DNA from: an uncultured Haloferula sp.
GTDB taxonomy: Bacteria; Verrucomicrobiota; Verrucomicrobiia; Verrucomicrobiales; Akkermansiaceae
Assembly (NCBI GenBank): GCA_965652295.1
Contig: CBFGTS010000007.1
Coordinates: 96,001-160,000, forward strand
DNA length: 64,000 nt
Direction of reading: 5' to 3'
Shown here: positions 17,668-29,947 of the stretch, one piece after another
Layout of the letters: every line of letters begins with the position of its first letter
How positions within the stretch are numbered: the first letter of the stretch is position 1
Program-made: the position numbers and the translations under genes
Notes under the pieces: model-generated
Database searches by the model: none
What the model was told of the DNA's origin: nothing
The model's input: the letters and a program-made list of their open reading frames with translations, nothing else

Positions 17668-18631
17668 GGGTTTGGTGGGTGGGGTTGAGCAGCGCGCGGA
17701 TGTCGTCGATATGACGGGTGGCCACCTCGCGGCCGGCTTCGATGAATTGCCGGAAATTCGAGTAGTCGTGCCACATGGCGGAAGAATGCCCGGGGCGGAG
17801 GCAAAGGTCGGCCCGGTTGATGGAATCGTGGGCGAGGCGGATCTGGGCGGCGCGGATGCTCTGGCGGAAGGTGTCGATGACGTTGCCGGGGGCGAGCAGG
17901 TTGAGGTTGCGGTTGAGGGCGCTGGTGGCGCGGTGCCAGAGCGGTGGGTCTGAGGGTTCTTCGCCGACGTTGGCGAGGCCGGCGTCGATTTCGGCAAAGG
18001 TGGGGATGACGGAGACGGCGAGAATGCGGTCGATGCCGCCGAATTTTTCCAGCGCTCCGACGGGGACGGGTTCGACGACGCCGCCATCGACGCAACGGTG
18101 GGAACCGAGGCGGACCGGGGCGATGATGCCGGGCATGGCGCAGGAGGCGTGGACGGCATCGACGAGCGATCCACTGCGAAGCACGAGCCGCTCTTTGGTG
18201 TCGATGTCCACCGTGACGATCAGCAGGCGGCGCTCGAGGTCCTCGAACGTCAGGTCTCCGAGGGATCGCGCGAGATGGGCTTTGGCTTTGAGGCCATGGA
18301 AAAGGCCCTTCATGGGCGGCACGATGGGGTCGGCGAGTTTCCAAAGCTGGCGGCGATCGTGCATTTCCGCGGCGAGCTCCTCAAGGTCGGTGCCGGAGAA
18401 GCCAGCTGCCCACAGCGCACCGACGTAAGCACCCATGCTGGAGCCGGCGATGGCGTGGATCTCGATGCCGTTTTCCTCGAGAACCTGGAGAACACCGACA
18501 TGGGCGAGCCCGCGGGCTCCGCCGGACGAGAGAGCGAGGCCGAGTTTCGGAGCCTCGGAGCCGCGCAGCGGCCGGTCCACGCGGGAGCGGGAGGGATCGC
18601 GACGGAAGAAGCTGAGGATGCGGCTGAACAT
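17624..18631 (-). CDS. Patatin-like phospholipase
   Basis: SSGGARGLAH, GSSMG, DGG. Confidence 0.92.
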   Translation of the reverse strand: MFSRILSFFRRDPSRSRVDRPLRGSEAPKLGLALSSGGARGLAHVGVLQVLEENGIEIHAIAGSSMGAYVGALWAAGFSGTDLEELAAEMHDRRQLWKLADPIVPPMKGLFHGLKAKAHLARSLGDLTFEDLERRLLIVTVDIDTKERLVLRSGSLVDAVHASCAMPGIIAPVRLGSHRCVDGGVVEPVPVGALEKFGGIDRILAVSVIPTFAEIDAGLANVGEEPSDPPLWHRATSALNRNLNLLAPGNVIDTFRQSIRAAQIRLAHDSINRADLCLRPGHSSAMWHDYSNFRQFIEAGREVATRHIDDIRALLNPTHQTHETQREDLVGDRVA

Positions 18632-18788
18632 GGGTAGGAAAGAACTCAACCTAACAGTAGGGCCGTTCCTGCGCGGGCGCAAATGAAGAGAAGCGATTCG
18701 CGGGGTGGGTACGCGAAAAACACGCTCCCGGGGCGGGAAGCGTGTTGAGCAAGAGGCAGAGGAGAGGCGCGCTGCCTCAATCACGGCT

Positions 18789-18808
18789 CGCCCCGATAAG
18801 TCGGGGCG
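18789..18808. other. GC-rich hairpin downstream of clpX
   Basis: CGCCCCGA-TAAG-TCGGGGCG; no clear U-tract on the coding strand. Confidence 0.45.
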
Positions 18809-18820
18809 GCCCCTCTTTGA

Positions 18821-20092
<1,272 letters not shown>

Positions 20093-20179
20093 GTCGGAAA
20101 TAGAGATGGGTCGGGGCTGAAAAGCAAGTGGGGTGCCACGGACCTGCCGCGGCACCCCGATAGACTAGCGTTAAAAAGA

Positions 20180-20872
20180 TCAGGCGTCGTCCTTTTTTCC
20201 GTCATCCGGACCATCAAGGGCGGATTGCACGGCGTCGGGGAGTTGCTTGCGGCTTTCGAGGACCTTGTCCACGAGGCCGTATGCCACGGCTTCTTCGCTG
20301 GTCATGTAATTGTCGCGGTCGCTGTCGTTTTCGACCTGCTCGACGGTCTTGCCGGTGTGTTTGGCGAGGATGCCGTTGAGGCGCTTCTTGAGGTTGAACA
20401 TGAACCCGATGGTCCGTTCGACGTCGGAAGCGGTGCCCTGGGCTCCGCCGGAGACCTGGTGGATCATCACGTGGGAGTTCGGCAGGCAGAAGCGCTTGCC
20501 CTTGGTGCCCGCGGTGAGCAGGACCGAGCCCATGGAGGCGGCGATGCCGATGCAGTAGGTGTTCACATCGCAGGTGACGAACTGCATCGTGTCGTACATC
20601 GCGAGCCCGGCGGTGACGGAGCCGCCGGGGGAGTTAATGTAGATGTGGATGTCCTTCTTCGGGTCCTGCATCTGCAGGAAAAGGAGCTGGGCGATCACCG
20701 AGTTGGCGACGAAATCATCGATCGGCGTGCCGATGAAGATGATGCGGTCCTTGAGGAGCCGCGAGTAGATGTCGAACGAGCGCTCGCCGCGGGCGTCCTG
20801 CTCGATGACGACGGGCACGTAATAATTGGCGCGCGGCCCGCCGGCCTGCGGAATGGAGGTGGGATGGTTCAT
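20180..20872 (-). CDS. clpP: Clp protease proteolytic subunit
   Basis: [28 protein letters not shown]. Confidence 0.98.
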   Translation of the reverse strand: MNHPTSIPQAGGPRANYYVPVVIEQDARGERSFDIYSRLLKDRIIFIGTPIDDFVANSVIAQLLFLQMQDPKKDIHIYINSPGGSVTAGLAMYDTMQFVTCDVNTYCIGIAASMGSVLLTAGTKGKRFCLPNSHVMIHQVSGGAQGTASDVERTIGFMFNLKKRLNGILAKHTGKTVEQVENDSDRDNYMTSEEAVAYGLVDKVLESRKQLPDAVQSALDGPDDGKKDDA

Positions 20873-22206
20873 GCTTCGGAGGTCTCCGGAGTTTCAGCCG
20901 GGATTTCCTCGACGGTTGCGTGTTCGAGCACGAAGTCAATGGCCTTGCCCACCAGCATCGAGTTGCGGATGCCGGGGATGCGGCCCTCGCGTTGGAGCTG
21001 CTTGATGAACTTCTTGGGGTTTTCCTTCCGGCTGCTCGCGATCTGGGCGAGGTGGGAAATGAGTTCCTGATCGCCGACGGTGAGGTTCTCGGCACGGGCG
21101 ATTTCCTGAAGGATGAAGTTCGTCTTGAGGTTCGTGCGCGCCTGCATGCCGGCGGTGGCGAAGATCTCCTCGCGCTGGGCGGAGAGTTCCTCTTCGGACA
21201 TGCCGGACTGGGCACCGCGCTGGACCAAGCTGTCGGCCTGGCTCTGGGTTTCCTGACGGAGGAGGTTGTCGGGCAGCTCGAAATCGACGGCGCTGTTGAA
21301 GTGCTCGACGATCTGGTTGACCTTCATGTCGTCGATCTGCCGCTGCTTTTCGTAGCCCATGCGCTGGCGGAGCATCTCCTTGAGCTGATCGAGACCTTGA
21401 CCGCCGGTGATTTTGGTGGCGAAGGCGTCGTCGAGTTCGGGCAGGGTGGCTTCCTTGATTTCCTGCACGGTGACTTCGAAGGTGAGTTCCTTGCCGTGAA
21501 GTTCGGAAACCGGGAAATCGTCGGGCACGGTGACTTTCGCGGTGCGTTGGTCGCCCTTGTTCGCTCCTTCGAGTTGGGCGGCGAAGCCGGGGAGGAACGA
21601 CTCCTCGTCGAGTTTCATCCAGAATCCCTCACGGCCGGCGATGTAGCCGACCGGGCGGCCGATGACTTCCTCGATGGGTTGGCCGTCGACGGTGCCCGTG
21701 TAGTCGATCACCGCGATGTCGCCGTTCTGCGCCGGGCGGTCCGCGACATCGTTGTATTCGGCGGAACGCTCGCGGAGCACCTGAAGCTGTTGGTCGAGCT
21801 CTTCCTCGGTGATCTCCGCCGAGGGGGCATTGATCGTAAGGCCCTTGTATTCCGGCAGCGCAATGTCGGGAGCGAGGGTGAGGACGGCCTCGAACGCGAT
21901 GGCTCCATCGCCCGAGGTCGAGAAACCGGACGGGCGGCCGAAATCGAGCACCTTGATGTCCTGTGTTTTCAGGGCTTCATCGAATGCCTTGCGGGTGAGG
22001 CGGTCTTCGAGTTCTTCGGAAATCTGCTCCGCGAAACGCTTTTCGACGACCTTTTTCGGAGCCTTGCCGGGGCGGAATCCCTGGATGCGGGCCTGGGTGG
22101 CGTAGCTGGAGACGATGTTGTTCCGCTCCGTCTGGACGGTTTCCGAGGGAATCTCGACGCGGAGGGTGGCGGTGCAGTTCTGCTGCTTTTCGACGCTGAT
22201 GTTCAT
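20869..22206 (-). CDS. tig: Trigger factor
   Basis: GFRPGKAP signature, FKBP domain, tig-clpP-clpX order. Confidence 0.97.
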   Translation of the reverse strand: MNISVEKQQNCTATLRVEIPSETVQTERNNIVSSYATQARIQGFRPGKAPKKVVEKRFAEQISEELEDRLTRKAFDEALKTQDIKVLDFGRPSGFSTSGDGAIAFEAVLTLAPDIALPEYKGLTINAPSAEITEEELDQQLQVLRERSAEYNDVADRPAQNGDIAVIDYTGTVDGQPIEEVIGRPVGYIAGREGFWMKLDEESFLPGFAAQLEGANKGDQRTAKVTVPDDFPVSELHGKELTFEVTVQEIKEATLPELDDAFATKITGGQGLDQLKEMLRQRMGYEKQRQIDDMKVNQIVEHFNSAVDFELPDNLLRQETQSQADSLVQRGAQSGMSEEELSAQREEIFATAGMQARTNLKTNFILQEIARAENLTVGDQELISHLAQIASSRKENPKKFIKQLQREGRIPGIRNSMLVGKAIDFVLEHATVEEIPAETPETSEA

Positions 22207-22251
22207 GATCCGGGAGCGGCTTGGGCGGCGGGTTTCGGCCGCGGGGCGCGA

Positions 22252-22280
22252 GGCTTAGGAGACGCGGGGCGGGATGTCAA
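22252..22280 (-). promoter_or_regulatory. sigma70 promoter of tig-clpP-clpX
   Basis: TTGACA-17nt-TAAGCC. Confidence 0.6.
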
Positions 22281-22379
22281 AGCGAAGTAACCGAGCCTAA
22301 CCCCTTCCTGGACATGAGGGGACATGGTCCTTGACGCCGATAGGGTCGGCCGGGTTTCATCCGGCCATCGCTGAACCAC

Positions 22380-24743
22380 ATGGATTTTTCATCCTTTTAT
22401 CAAATCAGGGGCATGGTCCGAGTGGCCGGTCGGGTGCTGGGCTTGCTGGCCGCGGTGTGGGTGACATCCTTGGGTGTCGCTTCCGCTCAGGATTTCGAAG
22501 GCCAGAAGGTCACCGGAGTCGATTTCCGCTATGAGGGGCCCCGCACGGTCGATGAAGAGCGACTGCGGAACTTCATCCAGCTCGCGCCGGGAACGACCTA
22601 CCGCACCGACACGATCGATAATGACATCAAGGCGCTCTACGAGTCAGGCTTCGTCAACGACGTGCGGGTGCTGGCCGAGCCGGTGGACGACGGGGTGCGC
22701 GTGGTCTACGCGGTGACGCCTCGTGAGGGCGTGGTGGCGATCGGTTTCGTGGGCAACTCGGTGTTCAGCGACACCAAGCTGGCGAAGGCCTCGAAGATGT
22801 CGGCGGGTGGAGCGCTGAGCGATCAGGCGATTCTCGATGCCCGCACGAACCTTGAGCAGCACTACATGGACGCGGGGTATCCCGACGTTGAGATTTCCCA
22901 CCGCATCCAGCCTTCGCCTTCGGGCAACGGCGCGGAGCTGATCTTCGTCATCGACGAAGGTGTGAAGAACGAAATCCGCGACATTCGCTTCGAGGGCAAC
23001 ACGGTTTTCGATGACCGCACGCTCCGTCGTCAGATGGATGTGAAGGAGAAGGGCCTGTTTTCGTTTTTCACCAAGTCCGGCCGGTTCGAAGTCGGCCAGC
23101 TCGATGAGGACGTGGAGAAGGTGCTCGATTACTACCGCTCGAAGGGCTACCTGCGCGCCAGCAGCCCGGGGATCCGCCGCGAGCCGGTGGGCGATGGCCG
23201 CGTGGACCTGGTGATTCCGGTCAACGAGGGTGAGAAATACACCGTCAAGGGAGTCGGCTTTGGCAAGATGAGCGTCTTCAGCGAGGAGGAACTCTATCCC
23301 GCGCTCACGCTCAACGGTGGCGATGCTTACAACTCGAAGAAGATGCGGGCGGACATGACGACCATCCGCAGCTACTACGGTTCCCGCGGCTACGCCGATG
23401 CGACTGTCACTCCCGACATTCGTGACGCCGGTCCGAATCAGGTGAACGTGATCTACCGCATCACCGAAGGCCGCCGGTTCCGCGTCGGAAACGTGAACAT
23501 CCAGGGCAACACCAAGACTCAGGACCGCGTGATCCGGCGCGAAGTTCCGCTGAAGCCAGACGACTATTTCAATTCCGTCGAGCTCGACACCACCAAGTCG
23601 CGCCTCGAAGGCCTGCAATACTTCGGCACCGTCCAGGTGGACAGCTCGCCCAGCGCGCGTGGCAGTGGCTATCGTGACGTGGACATCCTCGTCGACGAAA
23701 AGAAGACCGGTTCCGTGAGTGCCGGTATCGGCTTCAGCTCGATCGACAACGTCGTCGGTTTCGTGAACCTGGAGCAGTCGAACTTCGACATCCGCAACCC
23801 GTGGCGTTTCACCGGGGGTGGACAACGCTTCGCGATGAACCTGCGGTTGGGCTCCGAACGGACCGACTTCTCGATCTCCCTGGTCGAGCCGTGGTTCCTG
23901 GGTCGGCCGCTGGCCGTGGGTGGCGAGCTGTTCTATCGTGACTCCCAGTATTTCTCCGATGCCTACGAGCAAACCAACGTCGGAGCGGCGATCAACGTCC
24001 GCAAGCCGTTGACGGAGCACACCTATTTCACCGCGGAATACCGGATCGAGAACGTGGAGATCGATCTGGAGCAGCAAACCCGCGTGCTCTCCGCCAACTC
24101 CGTTGCAGGTGGCGGTCCCGCCTCCCTTTTGATCCCCGAAGCGGGCGACTACATCCGCAGCGCAATCAGCGGTCACTGGATCTACGACACGCGTGATGCC
24201 CTGATCGAAACCCGCAGCGGCACCAAGATCGACGTGGGTCTGGACGTTGCCGGCACGTTCCTCGGGGGCGACGTCGACATCATCGGAGGCTCCCTCCGCG
24301 CTCAGAAATATTGGAATCTCAAGTGGGACTCGATTCTCTCCGTCAACGGCGAGTTGGCGGCGGTGGAAGCCACCAGTGGCAACGTGCCGATCTTCGACCG
24401 GATGTTCCTCGGCGGTGCCCGCACGCTTCGCGGCTACGACTTCCGGGATGTGGGGCCGCGCGATCCCGTGACCGGCGAGGTGATCGGTGGCACTTCTTTG
24501 GGCTACGGCCAGGTGGAGTACACGGTGCCGATCATCGACAACGTCCGGATCGCCGCCTTCTACGACCTCGGCTTCGTGGATTCCGCATCCGAGATCTACC
24601 ACGACATCGGCGTGGGCGTGCGTCTGCGTCTGCCGGTGAGCCCGGTGCCGATCGCCCTCGACTACGCGATCCCCATCGAAAGTCCGGATCCCCGCGCCGA
24701 CCAAGGCGGCCGCTTCAACTTCTCGCTGAGCTACGAATACTGA
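22380..24743 (+). CDS. bamA: Outer membrane protein assembly factor BamA
   Basis: POTRA repeats, GNTKTQDRVIRRE, LRGYD, aromatic C-terminus; start may be 22412. Confidence 0.95.
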   Translation: MDFSSFYQIRGMVRVAGRVLGLLAAVWVTSLGVASAQDFEGQKVTGVDFRYEGPRTVDEERLRNFIQLAPGTTYRTDTIDNDIKALYESGFVNDVRVLAEPVDDGVRVVYAVTPREGVVAIGFVGNSVFSDTKLAKASKMSAGGALSDQAILDARTNLEQHYMDAGYPDVEISHRIQPSPSGNGAELIFVIDEGVKNEIRDIRFEGNTVFDDRTLRRQMDVKEKGLFSFFTKSGRFEVGQLDEDVEKVLDYYRSKGYLRASSPGIRREPVGDGRVDLVIPVNEGEKYTVKGVGFGKMSVFSEEELYPALTLNGGDAYNSKKMRADMTTIRSYYGSRGYADATVTPDIRDAGPNQVNVIYRITEGRRFRVGNVNIQGNTKTQDRVIRREVPLKPDDYFNSVELDTTKSRLEGLQYFGTVQVDSSPSARGSGYRDVDILVDEKKTGSVSAGIGFSSIDNVVGFVNLEQSNFDIRNPWRFTGGGQRFAMNLRLGSERTDFSISLVEPWFLGRPLAVGGELFYRDSQYFSDAYEQTNVGAAINVRKPLTEHTYFTAEYRIENVEIDLEQQTRVLSANSVAGGGPASLLIPEAGDYIRSAISGHWIYDTRDALIETRSGTKIDVGLDVAGTFLGGDVDIIGGSLRAQKYWNLKWDSILSVNGELAAVEATSGNVPIFDRMFLGGARTLRGYDFRDVGPRDPVTGEVIGGTSLGYGQVEYTVPIIDNVRIAAFYDLGFVDSASEIYHDIGVGVRLRLPVSPVPIALDYAIPIESPDPRADQGGRFNFSLSYEY

Positions 24744-24788
24744 AGCTCTCCGCTCCGATCTTCCAAGGCGTGGCCCCTCCCGTGGGGG

Positions 24789-25604
24789 TCACGCCTTCTG
24801 CTTGGCGCGGAGAACGGTGCCGGGTGAGGAGGCGATTTCGAACTGGTCCCGGTCGAAGGCACTCTTGCGAAGATAGCCAAGGGCGTGTGTTCCCGAGGGA
24901 GCGACGCTGGTGACTTCCCCGCAGGTCTCGCCATCCGCTGCGAGGGCGTCACCGGCAGCGACCTGACCCTCGACGGCGAAGAGCGTGAGACGGCGGTTGA
25001 GCTTTCCGGCGCTCTTGATTCGGGAAAGGGTTTCTTGGCCGATGTAGCAGCCTTTGTTGAACGAAACGGCGGTGGTATCGAGCCCGGCTTCCGGAGGCAG
25101 CATGCCGGGAACGAGTTCCGCACCCCATTGCGGCACGCCAGCCAGTACGCGCATCTCTTCGATTTCGTCGTCGGACAGGAGGATGTCGGCGGAGGAAGGG
25201 CTCTCGCGTGTCCAGACGTCGAACCAGTCGCTCCCAGGCCATGATGCGTGGCGCACGATGGCAGCTCCAGAAGCCGGTGAGGTGGTGCGTTGACGGTGCC
25301 AGCTGCCGGTGAGATCGACGAGCGCGACATCGTCGGCGATTAGGTAGCGGTCCAGCCTTTCGAGCACCGCTGCCGATTCGTCAGGTCGACAGGTGACCCA
25401 GATGGAGCCTTCGGCGGGGCCGGCGAGCACCTCCACGAGGTGCTGGAGCTTCCCCTTGGCATCCGTGATGCAGGAAAGCCGCGTCAGCTGCCCGAGCGAC
25501 CGAACGTCCTGGGTGAGCTGCCCGTTGAGAAAGCGCACGGCATCGGAGCCGGTGGCTTCGATGAGACCTGGTGATTCGGGCGGAAAGTTCCGGGTGGGAA
25601 TCAT
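24789..25604 (-). CDS. ygfZ: Folate-binding Fe-S repair protein YgfZ
   Basis: FLNGQLTQD, KGCYIGQE. Confidence 0.92.
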   Translation of the reverse strand: MIPTRNFPPESPGLIEATGSDAVRFLNGQLTQDVRSLGQLTRLSCITDAKGKLQHLVEVLAGPAEGSIWVTCRPDESAAVLERLDRYLIADDVALVDLTGSWHRQRTTSPASGAAIVRHASWPGSDWFDVWTRESPSSADILLSDDEIEEMRVLAGVPQWGAELVPGMLPPEAGLDTTAVSFNKGCYIGQETLSRIKSAGKLNRRLTLFAVEGQVAAGDALAADGETCGEVTSVAPSGTHALGYLRKSAFDRDQFEIASSPGTVLRAKQKA

Positions 25605-26435
25605 TTATTCGGCCTCCTCGCGTTTCAGGGCGAGCTCGACGAGTTTGGTTGCCTGCGTGTGGATCTCCTTGATCTCCTCCTCGGTCGGTTGCTGGTCTTT
25701 CTCGATCACCATTTCCGTCCGCATCCCGGCGAGGAGGTCCCGCATTTCGATGTAGCTGGGCCTTTCGGCGATGCGGGGCTCAAGCGAACCGACGATCGAA
25801 GAGTAGTAGTCGGCGATATCCTCACGCATCACCTCGCGGGCCCGTTCCGGAGAGAATTGGCGGACGACGGCAGCCGAGGCGACGTCGAGGGCGCGGATCC
25901 AACCGCCGAGCGAAATCAGGTGGGCGAGGTCGGCGTCGCGGAGGGACACGAGCTCCATTTCGACGTCTTTCTGGGTGGCGGTGAGTTCCTTTTTGAGCTG
26001 GTCCACATGACCCTCCCGGGCGCTTTCCAAGAGGCTGGCGGCGTGGCGGTTCACCCGGTCTCCGGCACCCAGGGCCTTGCCGTAGCGGGTCAGGTGGCTG
26101 GCGAGATCCTCGACCTTGCCCAGCTCGCCCGCCTGCACGATGAGAAAGCCGTCGGCGATCAGGAATCCCAGCTCCACCGCCAGATCGGCCCGGTTGAGGG
26201 GGGTGCGCTCGGGAATCTCCCGCGTGTGTTCGTTGATGGGAAGCGGGGCCAGAGATTCCAGCGAATCGAAGATCCGGGAAATGGAAGGAGCGGTGAACTC
26301 ATTGATCGCGAGTTCCTCCCGGACATGAGGGTCTTCGAGCAGGTCGGGCGGGATGGCCGGCGCGATGAGGTCGTCTGGGTCCTGAGCCAACAAGGTCGGC
26401 ATGAGGGCGCTCACAAGAAGGAGATTCCGGATCAC
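25605..26435 (-). CDS. Hypothetical exported protein
   Basis: Signal-like N-terminus from GTG 26435; host codon pattern. Confidence 0.65.
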   Translation of the reverse strand: MIRNLLLVSALMPTLLAQDPDDLIAPAIPPDLLEDPHVREELAINEFTAPSISRIFDSLESLAPLPINEHTREIPERTPLNRADLAVELGFLIADGFLIVQAGELGKVEDLASHLTRYGKALGAGDRVNRHAASLLESAREGHVDQLKKELTATQKDVEMELVSLRDADLAHLISLGGWIRALDVASAAVVRQFSPERAREVMREDIADYYSSIVGSLEPRIAERPSYIEMRDLLAGMRTEMVIEKDQQPTEEEIKEIHTQATKLVELALKREEAE

Positions 26436-26708
26436 GGGAAAACCTTGGCAGGGGAGCGGGGAGTCCGCAACGGGAATGCAGGGCAGGATCGGAACTTGAC
26501 GGAACAAGTGATTCCTGCTGGCCTTCCGGCCTGCCGCGCCAGCGGTGAAGGGTGACGTGATGCACTGATCTCCAAGCTCTTCCGGCAGGCGTTCGGGCGG
26601 AACAACCGCGGAACGCGGGCTGCGGCGTCTTTCGCTTTCTTCCTTCATTCGACGCGCCTCTCCCAACCGAACGAGTTCTTCCCTTTTTTCAAACCCTTTC
26701 CCACCGCT

Positions 26709-28202
26709 ATGGATCTCTGGTCATCTCCCCTCTGGTATGCCTCCTACCTCGTCGTCCTTCTGGGCTTGGCAGGATACGGTGCCCACCGCCTCACGATCGT
26801 CTACCTCTACCTTAGGCACGCCCGCCGGCGGCCGGAGCCTGCCCGCCGCTTCGAGGATCTGCCGCTGGTGACCATCCAGCTGCCGGTTTTCAACGAGCTC
26901 CACGTGGTGGACCGGCTGCTCGATTCCGTGGCGGCTCTGGATTACCCGAAGGACAAGATGCAGATCCAGGTGCTGGACGATTCGACGGACGAAACCACCG
27001 AGATCTGCCGTGCCGGAGTGGCACGTCTGGTCGCGCGGGGCTTCGACGCCCAGCTCATTCATCGCGTCGACCGGACCGGCTTCAAAGCGGGAGCGCTTGA
27101 AAACGGCACTAAGGAAGCGAAAGGGGATCTGCTTTTCATCCTCGACGCGGACTTCGTTCCAAACCCCGACGTCCTCCAGCGGACGATCCATTATTTCAGC
27201 GACGAAAGGATCGGCATGATCCAGACGCGCTGGGGACACTTGAACCGCACGTTCAATGTCCTCACCCGCATCCAGGCGATGTTCCTCGACGGGCATCTGG
27301 AGCTGGAGCAGACCGCCCGCAACCGCAGCGGCCGGTTCTTCACCTTCAACGGCACCGCCGGGATCTGGCGGAAGTCGTGCATTGCCGATGCCGGCGGCTG
27401 GGAGCATGACACCCTCACGGAGGACATGGACCTCAGCTACCGGGCCCAGCTGAAGGGCTGGCGGTTCATTTTCCTCAATGACGTGGAAACCCCGGCGGAG
27501 CTGCCGGTGGACATGGACGGCTTCAAAAGCCAGCAACACCGCTGGACGAAGGGATCGATCCAGGTTTGCAAAAAAGTCCTGCCCGCGATTTGGAAGAGCG
27601 ATGTGCCCCTCTATGTGAAGCTCGAGGCCACCGCCCATCTCACCTCGAACTTCGCCTACCTGCTGCTGATCTGCCTTTGCTTCCTGATCTATCCGAACCA
27701 GCACGCGGCACCGGATTTCGGGCCCCTGACTTACTACATCGTCAATGTACCGATCTTCTTCTTCGCGTCGGTATCGGTGATCGTGTTCTACCTCACTTCG
27801 CAAAAGGCCCTGCGCCCGGGTTCCTGGTGGAAGGAAATCCCCTACCTGCCGTTGCTGCTCGCTCTGGGGATCGGGATGTCCGTCAACAATGCGAAAGCCG
27901 TGCTGGAAGCCATCTTCAACCACCAGTCCGGCTTCGTCCGGACGCCGAAGTACGGCATCGGGCTGTCTCGCAAGACCGACTGGAAAAAGAGCAGCTACAA
28001 GGCGATCAAGTCGCTTACTCCAATTGTCGAGCTGTTGTTCGGCTTCTTCTTCCTGTTCGTGGTGGTGGAGGCTGCCATCGATCAGCGCTGGTCATCCGCA
28101 ATTCTTCTGCTTCCCTTCCCAGTGGGATTTTTCTACACTTCCCTGTCATCGATCGCACGGATGCTCCCCGGCCCGAAGGACGAGCAGTCGCCGGTCGATT
28201 GA
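26709..28202 (+). CDS. Membrane GT2 glycosyltransferase (cellulose-synthase-like)
   Basis: DDS, KAG, DAD, TED, QQHRW; TM helices. Confidence 0.92.
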   Translation: MDLWSSPLWYASYLVVLLGLAGYGAHRLTIVYLYLRHARRRPEPARRFEDLPLVTIQLPVFNELHVVDRLLDSVAALDYPKDKMQIQVLDDSTDETTEICRAGVARLVARGFDAQLIHRVDRTGFKAGALENGTKEAKGDLLFILDADFVPNPDVLQRTIHYFSDERIGMIQTRWGHLNRTFNVLTRIQAMFLDGHLELEQTARNRSGRFFTFNGTAGIWRKSCIADAGGWEHDTLTEDMDLSYRAQLKGWRFIFLNDVETPAELPVDMDGFKSQQHRWTKGSIQVCKKVLPAIWKSDVPLYVKLEATAHLTSNFAYLLLICLCFLIYPNQHAAPDFGPLTYYIVNVPIFFFASVSVIVFYLTSQKALRPGSWWKEIPYLPLLLALGIGMSVNNAKAVLEAIFNHQSGFVRTPKYGIGLSRKTDWKKSSYKAIKSLTPIVELLFGFFFLFVVVEAAIDQRWSSAILLLPFPVGFFYTSLSSIARMLPGPKDEQSPVD

Positions 28203-28225
28203 AGTACACCCACCCTTTGTAGAAT

Positions 28226-28855
28226 ATGACACACAAGCTGCGGATTTTTCTGCTTCAGGCGGGATTGATCCTTGGCTGTGCCTTGATTTCCAGTTGTGGC
28301 ACGAGTCGGGACACTCGCAACAAGATGCTGGTCAGCGTGCGCGATCAGCAGATGCTCCTCGTCCGGGATGGCAAGCCGGTCAAAGCGTATAAGATTTCGA
28401 CCTCCAAATTCGGACTTGGATCGCGCAGTGGCTCGAATTGCACTCCCTTGGGACAAATGGAGATCGCCCGCAAGATCGGTGGCGGCTCCCCCAGTGGGAT
28501 GGTCTTCAAGAGCCGTCGTCCGACCGGTGAAGTGATCCGGCCGAACGCACCCGGCCGGGACCCGATCGTCGGCCGGATCCTCTGGCTGCACGGCAGGGAA
28601 AGCCACAACCGCAACACCTTCGGCCGCTGCATCTACATCCATGGCACCCCGGAGGAGTGGCGTCTCGGCACGCCCGCCTCGTATGGCTGCATCCGCATGG
28701 CCCAGAGGGATGTCGTCGATCTCTACAACCGCGTCGGTGTCGGAGCGCAAGTGAAGGTGTTCCGGGGATCGCTGCTCACCACGCCGGAAGGCGTCGAGTA
28801 CGCCCAGAAGAGTGCTGACGGCCGGTTTCTGGGGTACACGGCTTCGCGGCGTTGA
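28226..28855 (+). CDS. L,D-transpeptidase lipoprotein
   Basis: Lipobox ISSC; IYIHGT...SYGCIRM. Confidence 0.9.
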   Translation: MTHKLRIFLLQAGLILGCALISSCGTSRDTRNKMLVSVRDQQMLLVRDGKPVKAYKISTSKFGLGSRSGSNCTPLGQMEIARKIGGGSPSGMVFKSRRPTGEVIRPNAPGRDPIVGRILWLHGRESHNRNTFGRCIYIHGTPEEWRLGTPASYGCIRMAQRDVVDLYNRVGVGAQVKVFRGSLLTTPEGVEYAQKSADGRFLGYTASRR

Positions 28856-28874
28856 TTTTTGCGGTCCGAGGAGC

Positions 28875-28902
28875 TTGACAAGCCCTCGCCAATCCCTATT
28901 TT
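28875..28902 (+). promoter_or_regulatory. rpsT promoter
   Basis: TTGACA-16nt-TATTTT followed by GC-rich discriminator. Confidence 0.6.
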
Positions 28903-28969
28903 CCCGCCCCCGAAGCACGGTCCGTCCGTCTGTTGCGGGGTCGATCGCTCCACTTTTTCTCAATCCACC

Positions 28970-29233
28970 ATGGCCAACCACAAGTCAGCCCTCAAGCGCG
29001 TCCGTCAGACCAAAGTCCGGACCGAGCGCAACCGCGCCCGCAAGACCACCATCAAAAAGCTCCGCAAGGAAACCCTCGCTGCCGTTGCCGAGGGCGACAG
29101 CAAGACGGCTGCTTCCGCTGCTTCCAAGCTTTCCTCCGCGTTGGACAAGGCGGCCAAGAAGGGCCTGATCCACGCCAACAAGGCTTCCAACATCAAGAGC
29201 AAGACGTCCAAAGCTCTCGCCTCCATCGGCTGA
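28970..29233 (+). CDS. rpsT: 30S ribosomal protein S20
   Basis: MANHKSALKRVRQ...LDKAAKKGLIHANKA. Confidence 0.98.
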   Translation: MANHKSALKRVRQTKVRTERNRARKTTIKKLRKETLAAVAEGDSKTAASAASKLSSALDKAAKKGLIHANKASNIKSKTSKALASIG

Positions 29234-29317
29234 ATCCGGGAGCGTCTGCCGAAAGGGCGTCCGAAAAATCACTCAAGCGGCGCCGAATCCCGGTGCCGCT
29301 TTTTTCGTAGTAACCTC

Positions 29318-29557
29318 ATGAGCGAATCATCCCCGCCCCCGCCATCGGCTCGCCAAATGAAAGCCGCGGAAATCGCGTCGAATCCCTCCGGCTACAAGGT
29401 CTGCGAAGGCTGTGAATCGATCGTCGGCCGTGGCGTGGTGCTTTGCCCGAATTGCCATAGCTTCCGGTTTGACGGGGCTTCGGTGCGGGTCATCGAGCAG
29501 GCGACCTTGCTCGGTTCCCGCGACCAGACTTCGGTCACCATGGGCGACTTGTCCTGA
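29318..29557 (+). CDS. Small zinc-ribbon protein
   Basis: CEGC and CPNC. Confidence 0.7.
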   Translation: MSESSPPPPSARQMKAAEIASNPSGYKVCEGCESIVGRGVVLCPNCHSFRFDGASVRVIEQATLLGSRDQTSVTMGDLS

Positions 29558-29587
29558 CACGGGTCGTTTGCTGGCAGGCAGGCTCGC

Positions 29588-29944
29588 TCAGTCCTCTCGC
29601 AGCAGCGCTTCCCGCGTCTGCCGGGCGCGTTCGGCGAGCAGGGAACGCACGACGCTCACCAAGACCACCGCTGAGGCGACGAAAGCGGCCGTTTCCCAAG
29701 TGGCAGAGGGATCTTCGCCGAGCCGGATCAGCGCCGGAGCGCAGCGCGCAGCACCGAGGAGGGCCAGCACCCCCGCGCCGATGACGCCGTGCCAGCGGGA
29801 GCGAAGGGAAAACAGACCGCAGATGATCCAGCCGCCGCCGAGCGTCAACGCACCTTGAAGAAGCCCGGGGTTGCCGATGCGGGCTTCCGCGACAAAGCCC
29901 ATGGCGACCAAAAAACCGCCCGCGAGGAAAAGGAGAGGACGCAT
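29588..29944 (-). CDS. Small membrane protein
   Basis: About 4 hydrophobic segments; follows glnD. Confidence 0.65.
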   Translation of the reverse strand: MRPLLFLAGGFLVAMGFVAEARIGNPGLLQGALTLGGGWIICGLFSLRSRWHGVIGAGVLALLGAARCAPALIRLGEDPSATWETAAFVASAVVLVSVVRSLLAERARQTREALLRED

Positions 29945-29947
29945 GGG

